From: Patescibacteria group bacterium
GTDB lineage: Bacteria; Patescibacteriota; Minisyncoccia; UBA6257; GWB1-50-10
Length of the DNA: 35,648 bases
Assembly (NCBI GenBank): GCA_038062995.1
Contig: JBBTVZ010000006.1
Coordinates: 1 to 35,648 of the forward strand
Reading direction: 5' to 3'
Part shown: one piece after another, positions 7,346 through 16,400 of the stretch
How the letters are laid out: every line of letters starts with the position of its first letter
How positions within the stretch are numbered: position 1 is the first letter of the stretch
Position numbers and translations under genes: made by a program
The notes under the pieces: model-generated
Seen by the model: only the letters and a program-made list of their open reading frames with translations
What the model was told of the DNA's origin: nothing
The model's database searches: none

Positions 7346-7708
7346 ATGGGCTTTTTCGGAAAATTAGCACTTCACGTCGTCGCGAACGCGATAGGAATAT
7401 CCGTTGCGAACTATTTTATACTTGGATTTTCCTTTTCCGGCGATTTTATAGCACTTATCATCGCTGCAATCATATTGACCGCGATTCAAACATTTCTGAA
7501 ACCAGTTCTTAAATTATTCTTCGGTCCACTCATAGTCATGTCTTTAGGGCTTTTTATAATAGTGATTAACGCGATAATCCTTATAATTCTTGACTTTTTC
7601 TCAAATGAACTTACAATCCAAGGGTATCTTCCGCTTCTCTACGCCACGCTTATTATCAGCGCGATAAACATAATAATAGGATTGGCGGGAAAAGAAACGA
7701 AGAAATAA
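7346..7708 (+). CDS. Four-TM membrane protein of the DUF360 / phage-holin-4-like family
   Basis: 120 aa. PVLKLFFGPLIVMSLGLFIIVINAIILIILDFF resembles the family core (..P.L..L.LP....TLGLF..V.NA..) as I remember it. Confidence 0.6.
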   Translation: MGFFGKLALHVVANAIGISVANYFILGFSFSGDFIALIIAAIILTAIQTFLKPVLKLFFGPLIVMSLGLFIIVINAIILIILDFFSNELTIQGYLPLLYATLIISAINIIIGLAGKETKK

Positions 7709-7712
7709 ATAT

Positions 7713-7928
7713 ATGCTCATACTAGGAGAAGTCGTGATTTCTGCGGTGCTTATAGTGCTTATTCTCGCGCAAGAGAGGTCGGCTGGAGCGTCCGGAATAT
7801 TTGGAGCCGGAGGAGGAGAAGGAGCAAGTTATCAAACGCGCCGCGGCCTTGAGAAGGGAATCTTTTGGGCAACTATAGTTGCGGCCGCTGTTTTTGCGGG
7901 ACTTGCCGTAATAAAACTGATTCTCTAA
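7713..7928 (+). CDS. secG: Preprotein translocase subunit SecG
   Basis: 71 aa with two TM helices separated by a Gly-rich loop (SAGASGIFGAGGGEGASYQTRRG). Confidence 0.75.
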   Translation: MLILGEVVISAVLIVLILAQERSAGASGIFGAGGGEGASYQTRRGLEKGIFWATIVAAAVFAGLAVIKLIL

Positions 7929-7950
7929 ATCTTTTTATATCCCCTCCGTC

Positions 7951-9549
7951 ATGCCGTTAATTGGAGCTATAAGAAACTCTTTATCTACCCGAGAATGGGC
8001 AGTTTTTATCGCTGCGATTTTTATCTTTATAGCGTCGCTCGTAGCCCGCGCGGCAATTATCGTAAATGAAAATAGCGTTTATATTCCAGTCCGCGGCGGC
8101 TCATACATTGAGGGGGTTCTGGGCCAGCCAATCACCATAAATCCCGCCGTTTCAAAAAATCTGGCCGACCTTGATATCTCTTCGCTAGTTTACAGTCCGA
8201 TATCCGACCTCATTCTCACGACAGAGGTGAGTCCGGATGGAAAAACATACTCAATAAAACTTAAAGAAAACCTTAAATGGGATGACGGAGTGCCGCTCAC
8301 AAGCGACGACATAATTTTTACCATTCAAACAATTCAAAGTTCGGAATCACGCTCCCCGTCCGCGAAAAACTGGCAGGGCGTTTCGATGGAACGCGTAAGC
8401 GAACTGCATGTGATATTTATGCTTCCGGACCCGTTCTCGTTTTTCCCGAACGTGCTTAAGAGAACGCGGGTAATTCCAAAACACATCTTCGGAAACATAC
8501 CGATTGAAAATTTCAGGTTGTCCGCGTACAATCTCGAACCGGTTAGTAGTGGGCCATACAAGGTAAAAGGGTTTAGTAAAAGGCGGGATGGCTTTATAAC
8601 CGAGTATCATCTCATTCCAAACCCGAATTATTTCGGAGAAGCTCCGCGCATTGAAAACTTTTATTTCAAATTCTATCAAACTTCGGACGAACTGGCTGAA
8701 GCGTTTCGTTTAAGAGAAGTGAATGGATTTGGAAGCTTGTCCCCCATTGACAGTATGATGCAAGGAACAAGCCGAGTAAAAGTGGAAACCATTCCGATGC
8801 CGCGCTACTACGCTATTTTCATAAATCAAGCGAATAATACAACGCTAAAAAACTCGTCAATACGGGAAGCGCTCGATATTTCAATCAATAAGGCAAAACT
8901 CGCGGAATTGCTCGGTAAGGGAAACGCGTCCCCCATTTCCGGCCCGTTAACGCTTCCTGAAAACGCGTCTGAACCGAATAATGCATACAACCCAGATATG
9001 GCGAGAGAAATTCTTGAAAAAGCAAAGGCGCAGGAAATGAAACTGAATCTTGTCGTGCCAAACGAACAAATTTTCATGGATGCGGCCGACTTCGTGAAAC
9101 GTTCATGGGTCGGAGTTGGCGTTGGCGAGGTTAATATATTCCCGATTGATACGGAAACAGTCCTCGAAAGCACGGTAAAAACAAGGGATTATGAGATGCT
9201 GCTCTTTGGTAATATTCTTGAAAACCCGCTCGATCTTTTTCCGTTCTGGTATTCATCACAGCGGCTATCGCCGAAATTAAACCTCTCGGCATATCAAAAT
9301 TCCGAAGTTGATATATTTATTGAAAACGTGCGAAAATCAAATAACGAGAAAGAGCGCTCCGTGAACGCGACGCGCGCCGCGTCAATAATTCAAAATGACG
9401 TACCGGCTATTTTCCTGTTTACTATTCCCTATTTCTATGCCCACACGGAAAAACTTGCTGGCGTGGACGCTAATTATGTCGTTACGCCGTCCGATAGATT
9501 TGAAAATATCACAAGGTGGAGCGTTGTGCGCGCGAGAGTCCTGCGATAA
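7951..9549 (+). CDS. Membrane-anchored ABC-transporter substrate-binding protein, family 5 (peptide/nickel, OppA/DppA-like)
   Basis: 532 aa with an N-terminal TM anchor. Family-5-like blocks LKENLKWDDGVPLTSDDIIFT and SGPYKVK. No cognate permease or ATPase genes nearby. Confidence 0.7.
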   Translation: MPLIGAIRNSLSTREWAVFIAAIFIFIASLVARAAIIVNENSVYIPVRGGSYIEGVLGQPITINPAVSKNLADLDISSLVYSPISDLILTTEVSPDGKTYSIKLKENLKWDDGVPLTSDDIIFTIQTIQSSESRSPSAKNWQGVSMERVSELHVIFMLPDPFSFFPNVLKRTRVIPKHIFGNIPIENFRLSAYNLEPVSSGPYKVKGFSKRRDGFITEYHLIPNPNYFGEAPRIENFYFKFYQTSDELAEAFRLREVNGFGSLSPIDSMMQGTSRVKVETIPMPRYYAIFINQANNTTLKNSSIREALDISINKAKLAELLGKGNASPISGPLTLPENASEPNNAYNPDMAREILEKAKAQEMKLNLVVPNEQIFMDAADFVKRSWVGVGVGEVNIFPIDTETVLESTVKTRDYEMLLFGNILENPLDLFPFWYSSQRLSPKLNLSAYQNSEVDIFIENVRKSNNEKERSVNATRAASIIQNDVPAIFLFTIPYFYAHTEKLAGVDANYVVTPSDRFENITRWSVVRARVLR

Positions 9550-9552
9550 AAT

Positions 9553-9581
9553 TTGACAAATTACAATTGAGGGATTATAAT
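9553..9581 (+). promoter_or_regulatory. Perfect-consensus sigma70 promoter
   Basis: TTGACA (9553-9558), a 17-nt spacer, then TATAAT (9576-9581). It lies about 200 nt upstream of tRNA-Leu with no ORF in between. Confidence 0.6.
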
Positions 9582-9782
9582 GCTTTTATACGCTAATTTC
9601 TCCAAAATTTTGATTATTTGAAATTGTGCTTTGTGATATTTATACATACACATTGGCTTTTAGCGCGTCGTTCACTATTCAGCCGTTTAATTGCATATAA
9701 TATATTCTTTAACGCTGAGGTGGCGATCCGCCTCCGCCAGTTGGCGGATAGCGGAGATGAGCCTGCCCGCCATGCGCCTCTT

Positions 9783-9864
9783 GCCGGAGTGGTGGAACTG
9801 GCAGACACGTACGGTTCAGGGCCGTATACCGAAAGGTTTGAGGGTTCGAGTCCCTCCTCCGGCA
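9783..9864 (+). tRNA. tRNA-Leu (anticodon CAG), class II with long variable arm
   Basis: Acceptor GCCGGAG/CTCCGGC, anticodon stem TACGG/CCGTA with loop TTCAGGG, variable arm TACCGAAAGGTTT, T arm GAGGG-TTCGAGT-CCCTC. 82 nt. Confidence 0.9.
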
Positions 9865-9943
9865 CATTCGACTCGCTTTACTCGCTCAGTGCAAGTACAT
9901 AAATCAAAAAGTCGTTTATAAAACAAATAAAAAAATAATAAAT

Positions 9944-11677
9944 ATGATTCCACGACTAGTAAGAACGCCCAAAAGGGCGGATTCTAGAGTTACAAAAAAA
10001 ATAGACGAAGAAACGGTGAGATTTTGCGCGCTTGGAGGCCTTGAAGAAATCGGGCGCAATATGATGTTCTTTGAATATCGCGATGAAATATTAGTCATAG
10101 ACGCCGGCCTTCAATTCCCGGCGCAAGAAACTCCCGGCATTGATTACATTATTCCGAACACGGAATATCTGGAGGGCAAAAAAGGAAATATAAAAGGCAT
10201 TATTATAACGCACGCCCACTACGACCATATCGGCGCGATTCCGCATATACTTGAAAAACTTGGCAATCCTCCGATTTACACGACAATCCTGACAAAAGAA
10301 GTTATCATGCGCAGACAGGAAGATTATAGAAACTCGCCCAAGCCGATCTTTGTGATAGTAAAGGGAGGAGAAACTCACAAATTCGGACAATATTTCTCGG
10401 TATCTTTCTTTGATGTATTCCACAATGTGCCGGACGGCATCGGGTCGGTAATACATACGCCAATTGGAAATATTCTCCACCCCGGCGAATTTAAATTTAA
10501 CTATGACAACGACGGGAAACCGAAAAATTTGGATATTTGGAAAAAAGTCGGAGAAGGAGGGGTTCATACGCTTCTCCTGGACTCAACAGGAGCGGAAACA
10601 CCGGGATTTTCCGTGTCAGAACGCATTGTAGAAGCAGAACTTGAAAAAACATTTAGAGCCGCAAAAGGAAGAATTCTTGTTGGGACGTTTGCTTCGCTTC
10701 TCGACAGGCTTGGAGAAATTATAAAAATCGCTGAAAAACTCGGGCGCAAAGTCGCGATTAGCGGCCTTTCAATGAAAACGAATATGCAAATCGTGCAGAA
10801 TCTCGGATATTTGAAATTTGAAAAAGGCACAATAATTCCGCTCGAAGACATAGGAAAATATCACGACGAAAAACTTCTGATACTATGCACCGGCGCCCAA
10901 GGAGAATCAAAAGGAAGCTTAATGCGCATCGCAAACGGAGAACATAAGCAAATTAGAGCAAGACCAGGAGACACGATAATTCTCTCATCTTCAGTAATTC
11001 CCGGAAACGAAATGAGCGTGCAAAATCTAAAGGATAACCTCGCCAGGCAAGGCGCTATCATATATCACTATAAGATGCTTGATATCCACTCATCCGGACA
11101 TGCCGCGCAAGAAGAACTTAAAATGGTTATGACGCTTACAAAGCCAAGGTTTTTTATACCGATTCACGGCTACTACTTCATGCGGCAACGCAACGCGAAA
11201 CTCGCGGAAGAAGTGTTGGGATTGAAACCGGAAGAAATAATCCTCTCTGATAATGGGCTTGTAATTGAAATGAATAAAAACTCCGTTCGTATAACAAATG
11301 AACAGCTCCCAGCTTATTATGTCATGGTTGACGGATTAGGCGTCGGCGACGTCGGCGAAATAGTGCTTCGCGACCGCCTTACCCTCTCGCAGGAAGGGAT
11401 GCTTGTGATTATCGCGACAGTAAGCAAGCAGGGCGGAAAAATGCTCAAGAATCCTGATATTATATCGCGCGGATTTATCTACTTAAAAGAAAACCAGGAA
11501 TTATTGGACGAAATCCGCAGAAAAATTCGCGGCATCATCGGCCGCATCCCACATGGGCATCACCAGTCGCTCGACGCCGACTACATAAAAACGCTTATCC
11601 GCGACCAAATCGGACAATTCTTGTATACTAAGACGAAGCGAAGACCGATGGTTCTGCCGGTGGTAATCGAAGTATAA
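9944..11677 (+). CDS. rnj: Ribonuclease J (metallo-beta-lactamase / beta-CASP)
   Basis: 577 aa. HAHYDHIG motif, the LLLDSTG and HSSGHA blocks, and a C-terminal domain typical of RNase J. Confidence 0.85.
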   Translation: MIPRLVRTPKRADSRVTKKIDEETVRFCALGGLEEIGRNMMFFEYRDEILVIDAGLQFPAQETPGIDYIIPNTEYLEGKKGNIKGIIITHAHYDHIGAIPHILEKLGNPPIYTTILTKEVIMRRQEDYRNSPKPIFVIVKGGETHKFGQYFSVSFFDVFHNVPDGIGSVIHTPIGNILHPGEFKFNYDNDGKPKNLDIWKKVGEGGVHTLLLDSTGAETPGFSVSERIVEAELEKTFRAAKGRILVGTFASLLDRLGEIIKIAEKLGRKVAISGLSMKTNMQIVQNLGYLKFEKGTIIPLEDIGKYHDEKLLILCTGAQGESKGSLMRIANGEHKQIRARPGDTIILSSSVIPGNEMSVQNLKDNLARQGAIIYHYKMLDIHSSGHAAQEELKMVMTLTKPRFFIPIHGYYFMRQRNAKLAEEVLGLKPEEIILSDNGLVIEMNKNSVRITNEQLPAYYVMVDGLGVGDVGEIVLRDRLTLSQEGMLVIIATVSKQGGKMLKNPDIISRGFIYLKENQELLDEIRRKIRGIIGRIPHGHHQSLDADYIKTLIRDQIGQFLYTKTKRRPMVLPVVIEV

Positions 11678-11680
11678 ATT

Positions 11681-12667
11681 ATGAAACCAATCTTAGTTTC
11701 AGGAATTCAGCCAACTGGAAAACTTCATCTTGGAAATTATCTTGGCGCGCTAAAAAATTTTGTTGAGCTTCAAAATTCGGGAAAATACGAGTGTTACTTT
11801 TTTGTTGCCGATCTCCACTCACTCACTAAAGATTGCGAACCGAAAGAAAGGCAAAAACGGACACTGGATGTCGCGTTGGATTTTCTCGCTGCGGGCATTG
11901 ACCCCAAAAAATCTGTCGTATTTATACAATCGCAAATTCCGGCGCATTCCGAGCTCACGTGGATTTTAAACACCATTACGCCGTTCGGCGAACTCCGCAG
12001 AATGACGCAGTTCAAAGAAAAAGCCGGTTCCGAAGAAGCGATAACCACAAATGTCGGTCTTTTTGATTATCCTGTCCTTATGGCTGCCGATATTTTCCTT
12101 TATGACGCGGCTTTTGTCCCGATTGGAGACGACCAGCTTCAGCACCTTGAACTCACCCGCACGCTCGCGCGAAAATTCAACGCAAAATTCGGTGAAACAT
12201 TTCTGGAACCCAAGGCACTGTTAACCCCAGCGCCTAGGATAATGAGCTTGGATAACCCGACAAAGAAAATGTCCAAGTCTCAGCCGGAAGGAAGTATTTT
12301 TATTGACGACTCGCCGGCAACAATAAGAGAAAAGATAAAGCGTGCAGTAACTGACTCATATAAGACAACCGCCTACGACCCCAAGAACCGCCACGGCATT
12401 TCAAATCTTGTGCTTATCTATTCTGCAATGAGCGGTATTTCGATTGATAAAGTTATAGAGCAATCCGCCGGAAAAAAATATTCAGAATTCAAAGAAGAGC
12501 TTGCGAAAATCGTAATAAAATCTCTCGCCCCGTTTCAGGCAAAAAAGAAAAAACTTTCCGCGGACGCAAAAAGAGTGTCTTCCGCGCTCGCGTCAGGCAA
12601 TAAAATTGCAAACTCGGTTGCCGGCAAAAAATTACTGGAGATAAAGAAAAAGATTGGTTTGATATAA
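11681..12667 (+). CDS. trpS: Tryptophan--tRNA ligase
   Basis: 328 aa. SGIQPTGKLHLGNYLG (HIGH-type) and KMSKS motifs, plus the GDDQLQHLELTR block. Confidence 0.9.
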   Translation: MKPILVSGIQPTGKLHLGNYLGALKNFVELQNSGKYECYFFVADLHSLTKDCEPKERQKRTLDVALDFLAAGIDPKKSVVFIQSQIPAHSELTWILNTITPFGELRRMTQFKEKAGSEEAITTNVGLFDYPVLMAADIFLYDAAFVPIGDDQLQHLELTRTLARKFNAKFGETFLEPKALLTPAPRIMSLDNPTKKMSKSQPEGSIFIDDSPATIREKIKRAVTDSYKTTAYDPKNRHGISNLVLIYSAMSGISIDKVIEQSAGKKYSEFKEELAKIVIKSLAPFQAKKKKLSADAKRVSSALASGNKIANSVAGKKLLEIKKKIGLI

Positions 12668-12678
12668 TACGCAAATTG

Positions 12679-12707
12679 AAAAGCTCCCTAATTATGGGGG
12701 AGCTTTT
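12679..12707. terminator. Bidirectional hairpin terminator between trpS and the convergent small membrane-protein operon
   Basis: AAAAGCTCCC...GGGAGCTTTT, a 10-bp stem flanked by A and T runs. It overlaps the last codons of the minus-strand ORF. Confidence 0.55.
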
Positions 12708-12988
12708 AAAATTTCATTTTCCCTTCTTCGGTCCTTTCTGAATATAATGAACATTGAAATGCAAGAAGCTACAAACAGCAGCAAAAAAAGCCCGAAAAAA
12801 CCTGCAATGTAACCAGCGACTACGGACACGGCCTGGTAAAATCCCCAGATAAAGGAAACTAACACAAAAGAAACTGCGGCTATTATTAACAATGCCGTCC
12901 TTCTCCCGTTTACCTCTGGCCGCGGTCCTGAGCGCCAGATCACAGTGGCAAAAGCACCGATGATCGCAGCCACTAAAAAAAATTTCAA
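12692..12988 (-). CDS. Small membrane protein (about 3 TM helices), unknown function
   Basis: 98 aa, TTG start with AAGGAGGG about 10 nt upstream. Last gene of a three-gene coupled set. Confidence 0.55.
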   Translation of the reverse strand: MKFFLVAAIIGAFATVIWRSGPRPEVNGRRTALLIIAAVSFVLVSFIWGFYQAVSVVAGYIAGFFGLFLLLFVASCISMFIIFRKDRRRENEILKAPP

Positions 12989-12992
12989 TACA

Positions 12993-13103
12993 TCAGTCCC
13001 TCCTTACGTCTCTTTCGTGAATCATTTTACTTGCAGTGAAACCAGAAATTACACTCACCGCACAATACAACAATATGATCGCGCCAAGAATATAAATAAT
13101 CAT
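12993..13103 (-). CDS. 36-aa single-TM micro-protein (below the ORF-track size cut-off)
   Basis: ATG preceded by AGGAGG at 6-nt spacing. Translation is MIIYILGAIILLYCAVSVISGFTASKMIHERDVRRD, with a TGA stop. It sits between two small membrane-protein genes with gaps of 11 and 4 nt. Confidence 0.5.
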   Translation of the reverse strand: MIIYILGAIILLYCAVSVISGFTASKMIHERDVRRD

Positions 13104-13114
13104 TTACGCCTCCT

Positions 13115-13339
13115 CTAGCTTATAAAGTACACCAAACAAACTATTTCCCCGACAACCCCACCAATAATGAGCATCATTCCAGGAAAAATCCCTGTTATAC
13201 ATATTTCAGCAGGACCTTCCATGGTAACATTTCCGATGCCTAAACTATCGCACAAAATACAGCGATGGAAAAAGCGCACGCGTTTGATGCCATAGGATAT
13301 CGCTGTAAGGCACAGTATTGCAATGAATGCGGCTCCCAT
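13115..13339 (-). CDS. Small membrane protein (2 TM helices), unknown function
   Basis: I moved the start to the second ATG (MGAAFIAIL...). The first listed ATG is part of ATGGAGG, which is a good RBS 9 nt upstream of the second ATG. Confidence 0.55.
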   Translation of the reverse strand: MGAAFIAILCLTAISYGIKRVRFFHRCILCDSLGIGNVTMEGPAEICITGIFPGMMLIIGGVVGEIVCLVYFIS

Positions 13340-13421
13340 TTTTCGTACCTCCATATATTAATTTTTCAATAGATTTCCTGATTAAAGAGTACCACGGACG
13401 TGGCCTGGCGTCAATAATTGT

Positions 13422-16400
13422 TTAGATTTTTCTTACACCAATCCAAAGCTGTGTATTTTCAAACGTCGTGTCGAGTTCGGCTAAAAATTTTTTCTCTCGG
13501 CGAGGAATAATATCTTTTGCATTCACTTCTCTGAGAATCACGTCATCATATTTGCGCGTCACGCCGTCAAGCTCGCCCTGCGCGTCGATCATAACAACAA
13601 TCTTATCCTTAGGTTCCAATTTCGCGCTTTGGCGCAAATCCTGAATCATGCGTACAAGCTCGCGCACAAGCCCTTCCTCGCGCAATTCAATTGTTACATT
13701 CGTATCAAGCTCAATTTCATCCTTAATATTTGAATCTACAACAACCTTCTTCACATTTACCTCGTCTGCTAAAACCTCAAGCAGCTCGCTGGTGATTTTG
13801 ATTTTTGTCCGCCGGCTGGCGGATTGATTTTTGATTTTGAGCGTAGCGAGTGGTTGGCGCACCTTAATTCCCGCTTCGGCCCGCTTTGCGAGCGCAATAC
13901 TTGCAAGCCGGCGGATTTCTGCCATTTTTGCTAATAGTTTTGAACTTTGAGATTTGAGATTTGAGATTACTACCGGCCAATTATCCAAATGAACCGACTC
14001 TATTTTTCCGTGTTCGAATGACTTATAAAGCATGTCGGCAAAAAACGGCGTGAACGGGGCGATGAGTTTTGAGAGTTCAATTAGAACATAACCAAGAGTC
14101 ATAGACGCTTTTTTGTGGTCGTTTCTTCCTCCTACTGATTGGTCGGGACGCTGAAATCTCCTGCGGGACCGGCGGATATACCACCGCGACAAATCTTCTA
14201 CAAAATCCTGAATGACGCGCGCCGCATCCCCTATCTCATAGGCATCGAGTAATTTCGTTGCTTGAGAAACCGTTTCGTTTAATCTCGCCACAACCCACAC
14301 ATCCAATACGTTCCGCGACTTTGGCTGCTTTGATATTTGGATTTTGACATTTGGATTTTCCGTTATTCCATACGTCTTCCAAAAAACAAACGAATTGTAT
14401 GCGAGAAGAATGAATTGGCGCATTACTTTACCGAAATCCGTCTCATCAATTCTTTTAGGCTCGCCTGGCGGGTTCATTGTGTAGAAATGCCACCGCACAG
14501 CGTCAATGCCATACTTTTTCGCCATCTCCCACGGGTCAATGATATTTCCCTTTGATTTGGACATTTTCTGCCCGTTTTTATCCAAGATGTGTCCGAGGGA
14601 AATAACATTGCGGTACGGCTCGCCTCGGCCTAAAAGCGTCGAGATGGCTAGAAGCGTATAGAACCACCCGCGCGTCTGGTCAACTGCTTCACAGATATAT
14701 TCCGCAGGAAAATCCAGCGAGTCCTTGTTTTCAAATGGCCAGTGCGCTTGAGCGAACGGCATGGCGCCGGAATCAAACCAGCAATCAAGCACATCGGGAA
14801 TTCTTTTCATGGTTCCTTTCCTGCATTTCGGACACTTGAATTTCACATTATCAATATATGGTTTATGAATATCACAACCACCAGATGCGTTGCGCGGAAA
14901 TTTTAAAAACTCGCCGCCAATTACTTCTGCATTAGCAATAAAATCTATATATGACGCTTTTTTATGTCTCACAGACTCTTCATCAGACCATCCGTTTAAA
15001 ATACTCTCCCCCATCCAGATAGGATATTCATGACTAATAAGCAGTATTGTCTTTCCAGAATATTTCTTTTCAAAATCCAAAATAAGATCGTAAACACGCG
15101 TGCGTACATCAGTAAGCGTCTCTCCATTTGGCGCAGGCTTTGTAAATTTTTCAATATCGGACGTGTAATAATTTCCATAAAATTCTTGGCTTCGCCCATG
15201 AAAATCGCCAACATCAATTTCACGAAGCCTTTTATCAAGCACTACTTTTGTATTAAGAATCTTTTCAAAAATCTGCGCTGTTTCTTTCGCGCGCGTGATA
15301 TCCGAACTCACAATACAATCGATTTTTTGTTCTTTCGCGAGCTTCTTGGCCACGTGTTCAACTTGGGTAACGCCTTTGAGTGTCAGATGATGTTTAAGGT
15401 CGGGCAACGCGCTGCAGACTCGCAGTTTGTTGTTCTGCGCCTCGCCGTGCCGCACAAAAAGATAGCGGTTTCGTTTCTTCTTCGTTTCTTGGAGCGAGAT
15501 GAGTTCCTGGATGCTTCCCACAGCGTGCGTTTCGCCGCACGCGCCGCACACCCAAATCGGAAGAGGCGTTCCCCAATACCGCTCGCGCGAAATTGCCCAA
15601 TCCTTTGCTTCTTTGAGCCACTCGCCAAACCGTCCATTACGGAGATGTTCCGGAATCCATCCGATTCGATTATTTGCCGAAATAAGCTCTTTCTGAAGTT
15701 TGCTCATCGCGATGAACCACGAGTCGCGAGCGTAATAGAGTAATGGCGAATCGCACCGCCAGCAAAACGGATATTCGTGTGTATACTGCTCGGTCTTCAA
15801 TAAAAGATTTTTACTCTCAAGGTATTTTAATATTTTTACTTCCGTATCTTTCGCCTTCACATAGAGTCCGGCGAGCACCGGCACATCTTTTGTAAACTTT
15901 CCGCGCTCATCAACGGTATGATGCTCCGGCAAACCGACTTTCTTTCCGAGATTATAGTCGTCTTCTCCGTACATGACTGCTGTATGTACCACGCCGGTTC
16001 CGTCAGTAGTCGTTACAAAATCAGCAGGGTAGATTTTGTATGCCGTCGGTTTCTGAAGCGGTTTTATATCAAAAAGCGGTTCATAAGAAAGCCCGACTAA
16101 TTGAGAGTCTTTTATTTTCTGCCCTGTGTTTTCCAAACCAAGAACGCTCCCTCGCACGCCGGCGTAAATCAATTGTTCTCCGTCTTTTTCAGTCAGGACG
16201 TATCCAATATCCTTCCCCACCGCGAGCGCGACATTCCCCGGCAGCGTCCATAGTGTCGTTGTCCACGCGAGAATGTAAGTTTTGTCATTGGTTGTGAAAT
16301 CCCCCGCTTTACCCTGAGCCTGCTGAAGGGCGACTTTCTGTCCCGGCTTTAATCTAAACTTGATGTACACAGACGTGTCTTCTGTCTCCTTATATCCTTG

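Noticed and set aside
9614-9921. Three overlapping ORFs (83, 94 and 76 aa) around 9.6-9.9 kb
   Set aside because: All of them run through tRNA-Leu(CAG) and its leader. They lie on mutually overlapping frames and strands with no RBS.
10091-11061. Minus-strand ORFs of 158, 95 and 66 aa
   Set aside because: They are antisense to the well-supported RNase J gene and have no motifs or RBS.
13794-14363. Heptad arrays (here and at 27809 and 28951) as a CRISPR array or contingency-locus microsatellite
   Set aside because: The units are 7-14 nt with no spacers of unique sequence, no cas genes are nearby, and the copies are imperfect and few.
15030-15743. 237-aa plus-strand ORF and several other ORFs antisense to or nested in ileS (14337-16933)
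   Set aside because: The minus strand carries an unbroken 1187-aa IleRS with all signature motifs. The antisense frames are low-complexity shadows of it.
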